Virus record (IMG/VR): IMGVR_UViG_3300043466_002666 | DNA: 64,000 bases | DNA from: a virus | Direction: 5' to 3' (one strand) | Shown: in pieces, positions 38,001 through 49,000 of the stretch | How the letters are laid out: every line of letters starts with the position of its first letter | How positions within the stretch are numbered: position 1 is the first letter of the stretch | Notes under the pieces: generated by a model | Told to the model about the DNA's origin: nothing | What the model saw: the letters and a program-made list of their open reading frames with translations, nothing else | Database searches by the model: none | Translations under genes and position numbers: made by a program

Positions 38001-41000
38001 ATGCAGTATATTGAATATTATTGAAGTCTGCAAGATTAGTAGTTTTAAAATTATCTGCAATAAATCCTGTTTTGAACCTATTATTGCCATCTTCATCTAC
38101 AATACTTAGACTGTTGGTTCCAATTTCAAGAAGATTGAGAGAAGTTAATGTTTCTACAGTTTCAAGTCTTTTATCAATTGAACCAATATCTTTCATTGTA
38201 TATCTTCTAGACTGCTCAATATTTAATGAGGCAGAAGAAACTGTCTTCATATATGGTGGAATATTGACAGTTGCTAGCAATAACGCATTTTGAATATTTT
38301 CTGGGACTTGTGGAGTGTTAGTTTCAGATCCTTTGATTGCAACTAAATTGCCATTTTCATCTAGGAAAATTTTATCAATTCTGCCAAGATAGTAGTCATA
38401 ATCAGCACTAACAATTTCTCCTGGGAAGACAAAATTTGAAATAGATCTAGTTAGTGAATAGTAATTCAATGCTGAGTTAGTTTCTTGATATGGAGTGGAT
38501 AGTGTGCCACCAGTACCAGTAGATGGAACGGTTTCATATCTAAAATCTACAATATCAGTATATGGAGTTCCCTCATATGTATTTGGAATTAATGCATAAT
38601 CTACTTCAGATACATTGTATGAATTTGTAGAATAAAAATCATTAGAAGTATTTGCATGATTATAATAATCAAATACTACAATAAATTTATTTGTTGGGGT
38701 TGGTCTATTTTCAATTCTAACTAATTTTGAAATATTGTAAAATTCTGCATTGTCATTTTTTACAAGTGCATAGTTAGTTGTAATATCTTTATATCTTCCA
38801 TGAGTTGATGTGGTGATATATCTGCCAGTAATTAAAGTACTAGAAATAATATCAACACTTAAAGCTAACGAAGTTCCTTGAATAAACTTTTCGGAACTCA
38901 AGTAAACTACGTATAAAGTTGTTCCGCTAATTGAAATAATTTTAGCTTTAATATTTTCGTATCTAATTATATCTCCAACAGTTAAATCAGACGCATTATT
39001 AATTACCAAAGAATCAAACATTGATTGATTGGTATCTGTAGGAGACAGTGCTTCATGAATAGCATGAACTCTATATACATCCGAGAACTTCAGTGAAATA
39101 TCTTTATCACTAATTCTAGTTCCATATACTAAATTCGTAAGATTTTTTACTTTATCTACAGATAAGAAATTAAATTTATTTGATGACTTAATTTTTATTG
39201 TTGGATTGTTAACTCGTACTTTATATACGACATTTACAGAAGTTCCATTCAATGAAGTACTTACAGCTAAATTTACATTAGTAGCAGAAACAACTGTTGG
39301 TGTAAATGCTACAGTCCCAGATGCATTAGTTATAATAATGTTAGAAGCTGAAATTGTATAGTCTGATGTAGTTGAAATAGTTACAGTGCCAGAAGTTACA
39401 ACTTTATTTTCAGTAATTGTCTTATAGTAAGACATATCACTGGAAGATTTAATAAATTCATTTGAAAATTTGACAAAAAAGTTATTTCCAAATGAGCTTA
39501 ACTTTGGAACTAATTTTTTGACATTATAATAAGTTCCATTTGCAACTGTGCCAGTCACGGTAACACTTGAATCTGAAGACACTGCAGATACTGTTACTGT
39601 TGAAGATCCAACTAAAAGTTTCATTGGAACTTTTAAGTCTTGTAAAAATGAAGTGCCAGTTCCAGTTAATATGTTATTATTAATTACAAAACTACTTCCA
39701 GAAATTGCAACTTGAGTTAATGCTAATGAAGCAGAGAAACCAGAGGCTGTTTTTACATTAGTAACGTTTTCAATTTTATTGTTCTCTACACTAGAAATAG
39801 TATATGTATTTGAATCTCTACTATTTGCAATAGTAGCTCCACTTAAGAATTGTCCAGAAATTTGACTCAATACAATAGTATTACCACTAATAGACTCTAC
39901 AATTCCTTGACTTCCATTAGTAGAAAATACAAAATCTCCAATCACAACAGTTGGAGTTGATTGTGCTGTTGTTATAGTTGTAAATAATGTTAGGTCTGCA
40001 ACGAATAATCTTTCTTCGGCAGTTAAAGATAAAACTCGTGCTTTACCGATTTGAGTTTCTACACTGTTTGTAGTTTTATTTAATATTAATATAGATCCTG
40101 GTGCAACTCCACCGTTAATAGTATTTGCTTGTAAAGTAAAATAATTTCCAAACGATGCAACAGCACCTTGATTGTTTGTGGATAAAAATTTCCTAGGTTT
40201 TTCTATTGTCAAATAGTTTTTACTAGTATTTTGAATTTCAAAACCTTTTACGTATGCTTTTAGTGGATCCAATTCCACTGTATAATAATTACGTCCATCA
40301 ATAGCATTTCCATCTTGAGTGATTGGAGTTCTATTTAAAATTTTTCTGCCATCTGGTAAGACATCGTTTAAATTATATACTCCATTATTTTCACCAGAGT
40401 TATAAGTTTCTTTAATTCTGAGATTAATAGGATTGACAGTATAATTTCCAGACTCATCATAGGTCCTTCTTGCAAGATTTTTTTCTAGTTCATTATAAAT
40501 GGATACATCTGCCTGCTCTACTAATTTACCATCTTCTAGACGTAGTAATTCAATAAAAGTTGGATCTGATGAAAAATTAATATCTTGCTTTGCTAATGCT
40601 GCTTGAATTTGTAATCTATCTGCACCTGGAGCAGTAAAGTTTGAAGAGCCTACTGCGTTATCATATAATGAAGAATCTGTATCTGCAGTTACAATAGTTT
40701 CGGATATAGATAATCCAATCTTATATGATGGGAAATTGGAGTACTGATCTAAAATTATACTTTGTAATGGTACGGTTACAAAAAATCCTCGTAAAAAATA
40801 CACTCCCTCAGTGATATATGCGGCACTTCCAATAAAGCTAGAAGCATTTTGAGTAGCTGTAATAGCTACTGGATTATTTAATTCATCAACTAATGTTTCT
40901 CCATTTGAGAATTTAGTCAGTTGAGTATTGTTTACAACATTTCCCGATGAAATATACTTTACATATAATGTAGCTGTAGATTTTTCAGAATCTGCAGCAC

Positions 41001-41343
41001 TAATACTATTGATTACCCTTGCAGTGACATTACTAGTAGTTCCTCTAATTATAGTATCAGTTAAATTTTCCCTGATAGTTTCAAAACTTGTTCCATTAAT
41101 TGTAGACTGAACAAGTACAGCATTATATTGTAAGTCAAATCCAGTCTGTCCAGGAATTACTACAGACCCCTCTTTGAATACATGCTGCCCAAATTTTTGA
41201 ATTTGGTGTTGTAAAATTGATTGTAGAGTAGTTAGTTCTCTTGCCTGAACTGGATAGTTAGGCTTAAACAGCACTCTATAAAAATTTTTACTTTCATTGA
41301 AATCATCAAAATATGGCTGCAAACTGAGATCTGTATTTTGCAT
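35068..41343 (-). CDS. Large VrlC-like (DUF4815-type) baseplate/structural protein
   Basis: 2091 aa; PYFDDF, VQARELTTLQSILQ, APGADR, LARRTYDESGNY, DPVAQSF, GSLFKSQN. Confidence 0.88.
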   Translation of the reverse strand: MQNTDLSLQPYFDDFNESKNFYRVLFKPNYPVQARELTTLQSILQHQIQKFGQHVFKEGSVVIPGQTGFDLQYNAVLVQSTINGTSFETIRENLTDTIIRGTTSNVTARVINSISAADSEKSTATLYVKYISSGNVVNNTQLTKFSNGETLVDELNNPVAITATQNASSFIGSAAYITEGVYFLRGFFVTVPLQSIILDQYSNFPSYKIGLSISETIVTADTDSSLYDNAVGSSNFTAPGADRLQIQAALAKQDINFSSDPTFIELLRLEDGKLVEQADVSIYNELEKNLARRTYDESGNYTVNPINLRIKETYNSGENNGVYNLNDVLPDGRKILNRTPITQDGNAIDGRNYYTVELDPLKAYVKGFEIQNTSKNYLTIEKPRKFLSTNNQGAVASFGNYFTLQANTINGGVAPGSILILNKTTNSVETQIGKARVLSLTAEERLFVADLTLFTTITTAQSTPTVVIGDFVFSTNGSQGIVESISGNTIVLSQISGQFLSGATIANSRDSNTYTISSVENNKIENVTNVKTASGFSASLALTQVAISGSSFVINNNILTGTGTSFLQDLKVPMKLLVGSSTVTVSAVSSDSSVTVTGTVANGTYYNVKKLVPKLSSFGNNFFVKFSNEFIKSSSDMSYYKTITENKVVTSGTVTISTTSDYTISASNIIITNASGTVAFTPTVVSATNVNLAVSTSLNGTSVNVVYKVRVNNPTIKIKSSNKFNFLSVDKVKNLTNLVYGTRISDKDISLKFSDVYRVHAIHEALSPTDTNQSMFDSLVINNASDLTVGDIIRYENIKAKIISISGTTLYVVYLSSEKFIQGTSLALSVDIISSTLITGRYITTSTHGRYKDITTNYALVKNDNAEFYNISKLVRIENRPTPTNKFIVVFDYYNHANTSNDFYSTNSYNVSEVDYALIPNTYEGTPYTDIVDFRYETVPSTGTGGTLSTPYQETNSALNYYSLTRSISNFVFPGEIVSADYDYYLGRIDKIFLDENGNLVAIKGSETNTPQVPENIQNALLLATVNIPPYMKTVSSASLNIEQSRRYTMKDIGSIDKRLETVETLTSLNLLEIGTNSLSIVDEDGNNRFKTGFIADNFKTTNLADFNNIQYTASIDTDNALVRPYPYVNNVNLNYDSANSTTTKTGSLVTLPYDEVAYISQIYASRVENLQPFEVIAWNGELVLSPNKDVWFDTIRTQRETQQIDLSEPIRFLFDNSGASGEQWGAWNSTGSARTGGGTNVFQQRTGVDNTFSTLTQEIQVGDSINSIGTEEFVRSRIVNVVASKLKPNTLFHFFVDDALNDSMIFPKNITGMTNRTGTFVIGETVTLRPTLASTVQGANVITATVIADDLGSYSSTSTYLSIDNILTIDGSNINPVILGSTFVISGNSSGAIGTLTLTSPRVKTDSFGVLNAFLIIPPQTYQTGTSVFKLCDEITGTSIYGISQSNAETVYDTLGARVSLTSNVVSLQTPQITSTPIRGTRTVFIPDPPPPPPAGGGDPVAQSFFVDSTGGVFISSIDLYFQTKDPSVPVSVEIRTMENGTLTNTVVPYGVAVVDASNVNVSNNASVATRFTFPSLVYLNQDTYYAFIVRSNSKQYKMWISRLTENDVLTSFIIDKQPYSGSLFKSQNMSTWSPDQFEDVKFVLNRAKFITNTTYNCKLNNDPVPDAVLNPDSLSFTDNSATIEVYHPNHCMNSIQNYVKLSSVMSDAPDTSLNTAITTASQTGNITVGNASATTWGTINKLPVSPTNPGFVLINNEIIKYTGISGNTLTISERGVSGSVAATHAIGSSVKCYSINGIPLTQINKVHQITQVVDLDRYKIAATTNANSTIIAGGNSIIASRNIQYEELYPNINTLVLPSTDLSFTFTSVTGNSIYAAQSSFSQINEESVENKQYCEMTTPRLVVSSANNSIYFPSNPSSLIFNLRMSTEIDNISPVVDVIGSSAITVCNRISKKILNDVVDISAELTPNSGKYSSYITKKVTLQNTSTAIKVLLDGIRKQGLNGDYSEIKVFVKINGDGNLGSFDDMNYIELPPISYPTSVNSSDYRAFEFEVKNLPEFKEYSIKVCMISADQTNVPKIRNFRAIALAV

Positions 41344-41386
41344 CTATTTAACCTTCAAATGGTTGCTTCGTTTTTTATTATTTATT

Positions 41387-43021
41387 TTAGAACTCGATGA
41401 CGAGTTTTACATCTTCAATCTGATCATTAGATCTGAATACGGGTTTTCTATTTTCCACGTATAAAATTTTACCACTATATTTTTTAATTTCTCCAGCAGA
41501 ATATCCAGATACAAATGTGATGCCAGCTACAGTGCTGTTATCGGTTGTATCTGGAGTAGCAGTTACACTACTAATTGATCCAGTGATAGCATTTGCACCA
41601 CTAAATTCTACTAATTTGTCTTTGTTATTTCCAGTCTGTTCGGCACTAATATATTCATTTTGATAGTATCTTAAGATTTTATTAATAGAATCCCAATGAA
41701 TTACTCTTCCTTTTGCACCAGTATTAGCTTGAGTAATAATCTCGCCATTTTGATAGTTTACAGTAGTTGATGATGCAAATTTAATTGTTTTGCAAACTGC
41801 TGCAGTTGGAGAAATATAGTCTATACCACTATTTGAAGATGGATCTTCAATAAGACCAAATCTTCTAAATTGCATATTGACTGGAATATCACCGCTACCA
41901 TCTAGAAATTCTAGATTTTTGTTAATCATAATACGATATGCACCCAATTCATAAATTGGATTGGCCCCATGCCCACCAGTAGGAGAAATAATTATTTCAA
42001 TAGATGCAGTTGTTCCTAAACTTGTAGTAGCTCCAGTTCTAGCTAATGCATCATTTAGACTAGAATATGAAGATGTTAAATTTAAAGATGCAAAAGTATA
42101 TCCACTACCAGACTGTTCCATGGTAGCAGTTTCAATTTTGTTTGCAAAGCTTCCACTTGATGGGACAATAATTTTTACTACTGCTTTCGTGGAATTTAAT
42201 CCAAGCCCCCCATTTCCAATTACTGGTACGTAATATGTACCTGGAGTTAAACTTGCACCTCTATTTGTAATTAATACTTGATTTATAGAACCATCTACAG
42301 CCGCAGTTTGTACTGCAGTATCTACTCTAACAGGAATGAAGTCAGTTGATACAAATTTGATATAATCACTGATTGAAATAGTATACATGTATTTCCAACG
42401 ATATCCATCCCCATAAGTAACAATATCAGTGCTTGTTCCGGTTGGCTCTACTGTGGAAGGCTTTCCATTTGGATATGCTTCAGTTGATGGAGTTTGGCCA
42501 TTGTAAATGCACTTATAGACTTGAAAATTACTATTCATCACATAAAAACTAGTATCATATAATTTAGATTGTCCATTTGCAGAGATTTTGGTCACGCCAT
42601 TTGTAACCGTGCCATAATCATGTCTATACATATCATAAACAACCCCTGATTGCCAAGTTCTTTTACGAATTACCTCAGATACATCTGATCTAGTCACTCG
42701 TTTAATTGCAATCATATCATCATAAATTTCATCAATTTCATCCAGACAGTCTACTGGATCTGGTGGCAGAAAGTCTGAAACAGTAGATACGCCATCATAT
42801 TTTTCTACAATAGCTCCACTTGTTGTATCATTCCAATTATAAGATCTTCCTATAAACAAGTATATTTTGCTTCTATATTTTTGTGCAGCATTGGCTTCCG
42901 CTGGATAGTTTAATGCATCCTCTGATGCAGGATTAAACGTAGAACTATATGGCTCTTCTAGAGATTCAATAAATTGCTGAGCTGCAAAAATTCTAAAATT
43001 ATCAGTTACTAATGAAGGCAT
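41387..43021 (-). CDS. gp8: Baseplate wedge subunit
   Basis: YLFIGR, YDMYRHDY, VYKCIYNG, DGYRWKYMYTI, GKILYVENR, EDVKLVIEF. Confidence 0.93.
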   Translation of the reverse strand: MPSLVTDNFRIFAAQQFIESLEEPYSSTFNPASEDALNYPAEANAAQKYRSKIYLFIGRSYNWNDTTSGAIVEKYDGVSTVSDFLPPDPVDCLDEIDEIYDDMIAIKRVTRSDVSEVIRKRTWQSGVVYDMYRHDYGTVTNGVTKISANGQSKLYDTSFYVMNSNFQVYKCIYNGQTPSTEAYPNGKPSTVEPTGTSTDIVTYGDGYRWKYMYTISISDYIKFVSTDFIPVRVDTAVQTAAVDGSINQVLITNRGASLTPGTYYVPVIGNGGLGLNSTKAVVKIIVPSSGSFANKIETATMEQSGSGYTFASLNLTSSYSSLNDALARTGATTSLGTTASIEIIISPTGGHGANPIYELGAYRIMINKNLEFLDGSGDIPVNMQFRRFGLIEDPSSNSGIDYISPTAAVCKTIKFASSTTVNYQNGEIITQANTGAKGRVIHWDSINKILRYYQNEYISAEQTGNNKDKLVEFSGANAITGSISSVTATPDTTDNSTVAGITFVSGYSAGEIKKYSGKILYVENRKPVFRSNDQIEDVKLVIEF

Positions 43022-43061
43022 TCTTTTATGTCCTTATGGTTAGTCTTTGTATGATTATTTA

Positions 43062-46000
43062 TTAAATAAATTTATCAAAGTATACCACATCTCCTTGATT
43101 ATGTGTGGTTGATGATAGTAAACGAGTACATCCAACTAGTTGATTTGATATAATGTTAGTGTACTCAATTACATCTGTGGATATAATTACTCGGAATGTA
43201 TCATATCCTTCACCAGAATTTTTAACCTGTACAGATATCACTCTGCCCATAGCATCCAATACTGGTTTGAGTACACATCCACTTCCACCACCACCAACAA
43301 TAGTAAGTGCTACATCTCTATCATCATATCCAATTCCTTGAGTTATTACCTCAACTTTTCTAATTCTTCCATTGCTGATGAATGGTCTAAATGTTGCAGA
43401 AGATCCAGTTGATGACGTAATGTTAATTGATATATCACTTTCTTCAAAATTTTGAGCATTACTTAATGGAATAATTTCAGTTGTGGAAGTTATATTTGAT
43501 GCTAATTTAGTTCCAATTCTGATATTTGAAGTACTCAATGGTGTTTGAGTTTCTGCAAAAATATATGAAGTGGGAACTATTCTTTGAGCAGCATATTGAT
43601 TGTATCCAGGATACTGAATAGTTACAGGGGATTCAATTTTACCGCCTAATGTATAATTTACTGGTGCGGTTGCTTTAGCACCATAGCCACTTCCAATAGT
43701 TCTCAATATAACTGGATGACGGTACTTAGTTCCGCCATTGGTGATTGTAATTCCAGAAAGTTTTCCATTTGCTAATGTACTAGTTGCATCAAATCCACTG
43801 GGCGAAGTTCCAGAATATGATGCCGTCTTCAGAACAGTAGGTGATAAAATTTGAGTGACAGTTCTTGATGTGGTTTCACCATCAACGAAGATTTTATCTC
43901 CAATATTAACTTGGTAATACACATTGTCAATTTTCATATCTTCTGGAGATCCTTTAAAATCTAATACCACAATTTTGGTTGCACTTGTATTGGAATTGAA
44001 GACTAATTGATTGTTGTCAATATAATAATCATATAATGGACTTTGAATATTTCCATCCTTGATAACTATAATTTGATTTTCATGTGGTCTTGGACGACTA
44101 ATATTGGCATTTGGATAATATGGAGAATTTGTTTGAGTTTTAAGATCATATACTTTTCCACCAAATCCAGAAGTAATACTAAGTAATTTCATGAAAGATC
44201 CAACACATTTTACAGAAATAATATCAGATTGAATCGGAGCAGTGGTAAAAGTAATTTGACTCTTTATATCTCCATCTAACGTATAATCTACACCAGGATC
44301 TAAAATTTTTCCATTTTTAATTACAACTATACTAGAATCTGATGGAGTGGAATCATTTTCAATTGTGCCAGGAGGCACAAAATTTTCTTGATTTAAGAAT
44401 AGATTAAATTTAGTGTTAATTCCGTTATATGGTCTGTGGATTTGGTCTAGTAAATGGAAAATTCCAGCAAATTTAATGCCAAATACATATGTAGATGTAT
44501 TGTTGGAGGATAAAGTTATTCTCGATGTAGTAGTATAAGTGTAATCATTTATTTCATCAAATTTCCAGGTATTGTTAGAGAATATTACTAAATTTTCTTG
44601 TTCTGGCGATGTTATTTGTTGACTTAAATTATATACAGTATTTGATCCAGATACTGAAGTTAAATTTATAACCTTATTGCCATACATTCTAATCATGAAT
44701 ATGTCGTCTGTTTCTTGCGGGGCAACCAAAAATTCAATTTGTCCTCGATTAGGAGTAATTGTATATTGTACACCAGGATATTGAATTACACCATTTACTG
44801 ATACTAAAACATCAGCATCTTCAACGATATCTGATTGGATTAAATTTTGATTATTATATAACAGTCTAAACTTAGTTTTAACCCCATCTGGACAATTGAC
44901 AAGTGAATCTATGTAAGTGATTGGGGCATATAAAATTGCAAAAATTGAATCAATAGTGACTGAAGATGACAATGTTACTACGTTTCCAGAAATGGTAAAA
45001 TTATTTTCATAAAATTGTGGTGCTCCGTTTATATACAATATTAAATCTTTATATTGAGATGGCAATATTGTAGTAGATAATGTTACCGAAACTCCAGTTA
45101 CATTGGAAATATTAATTTTACTGGAGCCATGACGATAATCTAGATAGATATTATCGGCTGCAGTAATATTTGTTGTAAATGTTATACTTCCATTTGTAAT
45201 CGTAAAATCTTCTATTGGATTTTGAACCACTCCATTTCTCAATACAAATATATCGGATGCGGATGGCGGATTAAAACTCTTGTAATTTACTTGTAATTTA
45301 TAAGTGGATTTACTGTAATCATCATTCAAATTATCAACAATTTGAGTTTGATAAGTGGATGATCCAATTTGGTAAATATAAATTATATCTCCAGAAATTA
45401 ACGATGGGTCTAATAATGTTATAGTTGATCCAGAAATACTGTACAGTGAGGGACTTATTGCTTCAGTTCCATTAAGGCTGAGTATTAAATCAGATTTAGT
45501 TGCCGGTAGGTCAGTAGTTATTGTACTACCACTTATGGTTAAATTATATGTATTTGTTCCTGATGCAAATGTGATTGGGTCAATTACACGCTTTGGATTT
45601 GTGAACGCTATAATACAAACTTCGTCTAGTGTTAGACTAACAAAATTTGCAAAGCTCAATATATTGGTACTGGAATTAAAACTCCATGAATTGCCTACTT
45701 GTAAAATACCATTTACATAAACTAAAAATACAGTCGTATCAATTGTCGGAGACTGAGAAGTATATTGTAGAGAGGATGGATTTAGTTGAGTAAATCTATT
45801 TGTAATATTTACTAAATTTTGAGCACTATAATTTACTATATCAATAGTATCAGTTGATGTGGGAGGAATAGTAAATTTAATATTTCTTGCATCAACAAGA
45901 CCTTCAATTGTATAATCTACTTCTGGATATTGATACAGCCCATTTTTGATTACTTGTAGGTGGCTTGAACTATATACGCTGCTGCTAACATAATTTGAGG

Positions 46001-49000
46001 TTAATCCAAAACGAGTTTCTATGCCATTGTACATTCGGAAAGAATCAATCGCAAAGTTTTGATTTAATCCGTCATATGAATAATATACAGAAACTTGGTC
46101 CTCGGCAAGTAATGGATTTGCGAATTGAATACTACTACCAGTTATAGTAAAGTCAATTCCAGGTTTTTGATGTACTCCAGATAAAATTACAACTAAATGT
46201 TGTGCAGATATCGGAGTAAATAAAATTCCATTTATAGATAATGGGAAAGTATCTTGAGTTCCATCTAAACATCCAAACGAATCTAATAATACATTTTTGG
46301 TTTTCTCTGGCTCTAGTTGTCTATTAAAGTATGCAAGTTTAACGACATCAGATAGACTTGGTGCAGTTGTAAATGTAATTTTATTGTTACTAATTGTATG
46401 TGATTGATTAGTCAGTTTGGACAAAATTCCATTTTTGATTACAAATACATCTCCAATATTTGCAATATACTGAGGAACTCCCCTATCAGACAAATTAAAG
46501 ATTTGTCTAGATCCATTTTGTGCAACATTTAATCTATCTAATATTGCAGACTTGAAATTTGTTGTATTTGCTAAGTACTTACTGTTAAAATCTATAACTG
46601 TGCAGGAATCTGTTGAATTGTAAGTTTGAACAAATGTGATTGAGGATCCAGTTAAAGTATATTGATCGTGATCTAATACTTGATTATTGATATTTACTAA
46701 TAAACTATTTTCCCCATTTACTGGAGTATATGGTAGCCCATCTGCATAGGTTAAATTAAATGTTTTTGAAGAGCCGTCAAAAGTAATTTTATTTAAAACT
46801 TCAACATAGCTAGTTGAATATTCTGGGCTAGTATATTTAAATTTGGTGTCTAATCCATATACTGTAGTAGTATCTGTGCCAGAATACACAGTACCATTTA
46901 ACAGAGTCTTGGTTATCTTATGAACAGAATCTTGAGTTTTTACTGAATTTGATTCAATATATTGAGTTACTTTTTTGATTATGCAATTATCAAGTTGTAA
47001 AATTTTATTAGCATTTACTGTAGCTGGATCAATGATATAGCATGAAATGGTTTCATCAATATACCAGCCAAATATATTAGAGACATTGATTGATTCCGAT
47101 AGCACAACTTGATTGCCAACCACAGAAAAATCAGTTAACAGCTGAGATTGACACACTGAATTTGTAAATAGTAATACATTACAACTTGAACTTGGTGAAT
47201 AGTTTATCGAATATGTTGTTCCAGATCCAGAGAAAGTTAATGCCTTTAGCTGTTCATGATATAAAATAAAAATAGAATCTGAGCTTTGTATTGTTTGCGA
47301 TAATGTAACAATATTTCCACTTAATGTGTAGGTAGGTGCTTGGACAACTCCATTAATAGAAATCAATAAATTCTCATATGAATTTGGTACAAAATTTAAA
47401 TCATCTTTAGTCAAAATTAATTTATTATTGTCAACAACATAATCTATTATTGTGAATGGAGTGTCTAGCTCATGCGAAATGATTTCATCCGAAGAATTTA
47501 AGTTGAATGATGGAATAAAATTGGAATCAGATATGTAATATGAAATTCTTGGAGTTTGTAGTATACCAGAGTAAAAGATAAAGTATGAATTTGTATCATC
47601 TATACCAAGACATGCAAAATCTCTTGAAATTGTAAAGAGATACTCACTTAACAATAATGATTTATTGTTTAAGACTTGAATTTCTATATAATTATCTTTG
47701 ATTAATGTTATTAATCCTACTGTACCAGAAAAATTGCCAAACACAAAATCTCCAACAGAGAATGCACTATAATTATCAACATAAACTGTTTGTGTAGTGC
47801 AGTTGGATAATTTTAAGTTTAAATTTGCAACGTTTGATAATGTTGCCTTAAATAAAACTGAGCTGTTAAATGAATCTTCTTGCCTTTCAGATAATTTTGT
47901 AGTATTCTCTACTCTATACTTACCAAAGACTTTATATCCTGCTGGGTGTGTATTTTGAATTACTTGACTCTTCCATTCAGAAGTATTTCTTTGAGATACT
48001 AAGGTATATGCCCAATCTTGGTAGTAATTACTATCAATAATTCTTTGAGTTGAATCACTGACAAAACCAAAATTATCTAAAAATTTGTATGAATATGATG
48101 TGTATGGAGATGGTGTGCAGTATGCACTTGCGGTTTTAATGCTTATAATATTTCCATAAACATTTCCATCTTTAGTGTATACAATATCATTTTCAGAAAT
48201 AGTTCCAGAAACTGGATAATACTCTACAGTAGATGATGGGACATCAAAATGAATTACTCTACATGTAACACTAGAGCCATTGGACACGAATGATAATATA
48301 TCATTTTCTTCTAAGATTTTTCTTTTAATTTTTGCTTCTAGAACAGCACCAACTCCAAAAGCACTATCAATGGTTATTGTTGGAATAGAACTAAAATTGA
48401 ATCCACCTTTAATAACTTGAACTTCTGTAACAATACCAGATGAAGTAATTACCTTAAATTGACAATTAGGATCTACTACTCCATTAACTTTTACTACATC
48501 CGTAATTGGATTGTAATTTAATCCTCCACTTTTAACTAAAATACTAGCAATTTGAAAATTATTAGTTATCTTTGCAGTTGTTGGCATTACAACTGGATAT
48601 TGTGTAAGTTTGTTGCCAATTAACTCATTTCCAATTGATGAATATTCAAATTTACTAATCTTTCCAATATTATCTGAATTTAATTGTATTAATGCACCAT
48701 ATCCATTTTGAGTCAAAATTCCAGTCACTTCGGGTAAACTAGAATAATTTTTTCCTTTGTTTGTGATTATAATTTTATCTATTGATCCACTTGCTGTTCT
48801 TGAATTTGTAATATAAGTCAATCCAGCTATAGTTATAGAACTAAGATTTGATACATTTTCAATAGAAAATTGTGTAGATGAAACTATGCTGTACACAGTT
48901 TGAGTATCTAAAAAATTATTAAATTTTACTTTATCTTTAGTCGCTAATCCATGTGGAGCACTAGTCGTAAATGTGATAACAGCTCTTTCATTGATAGTTG

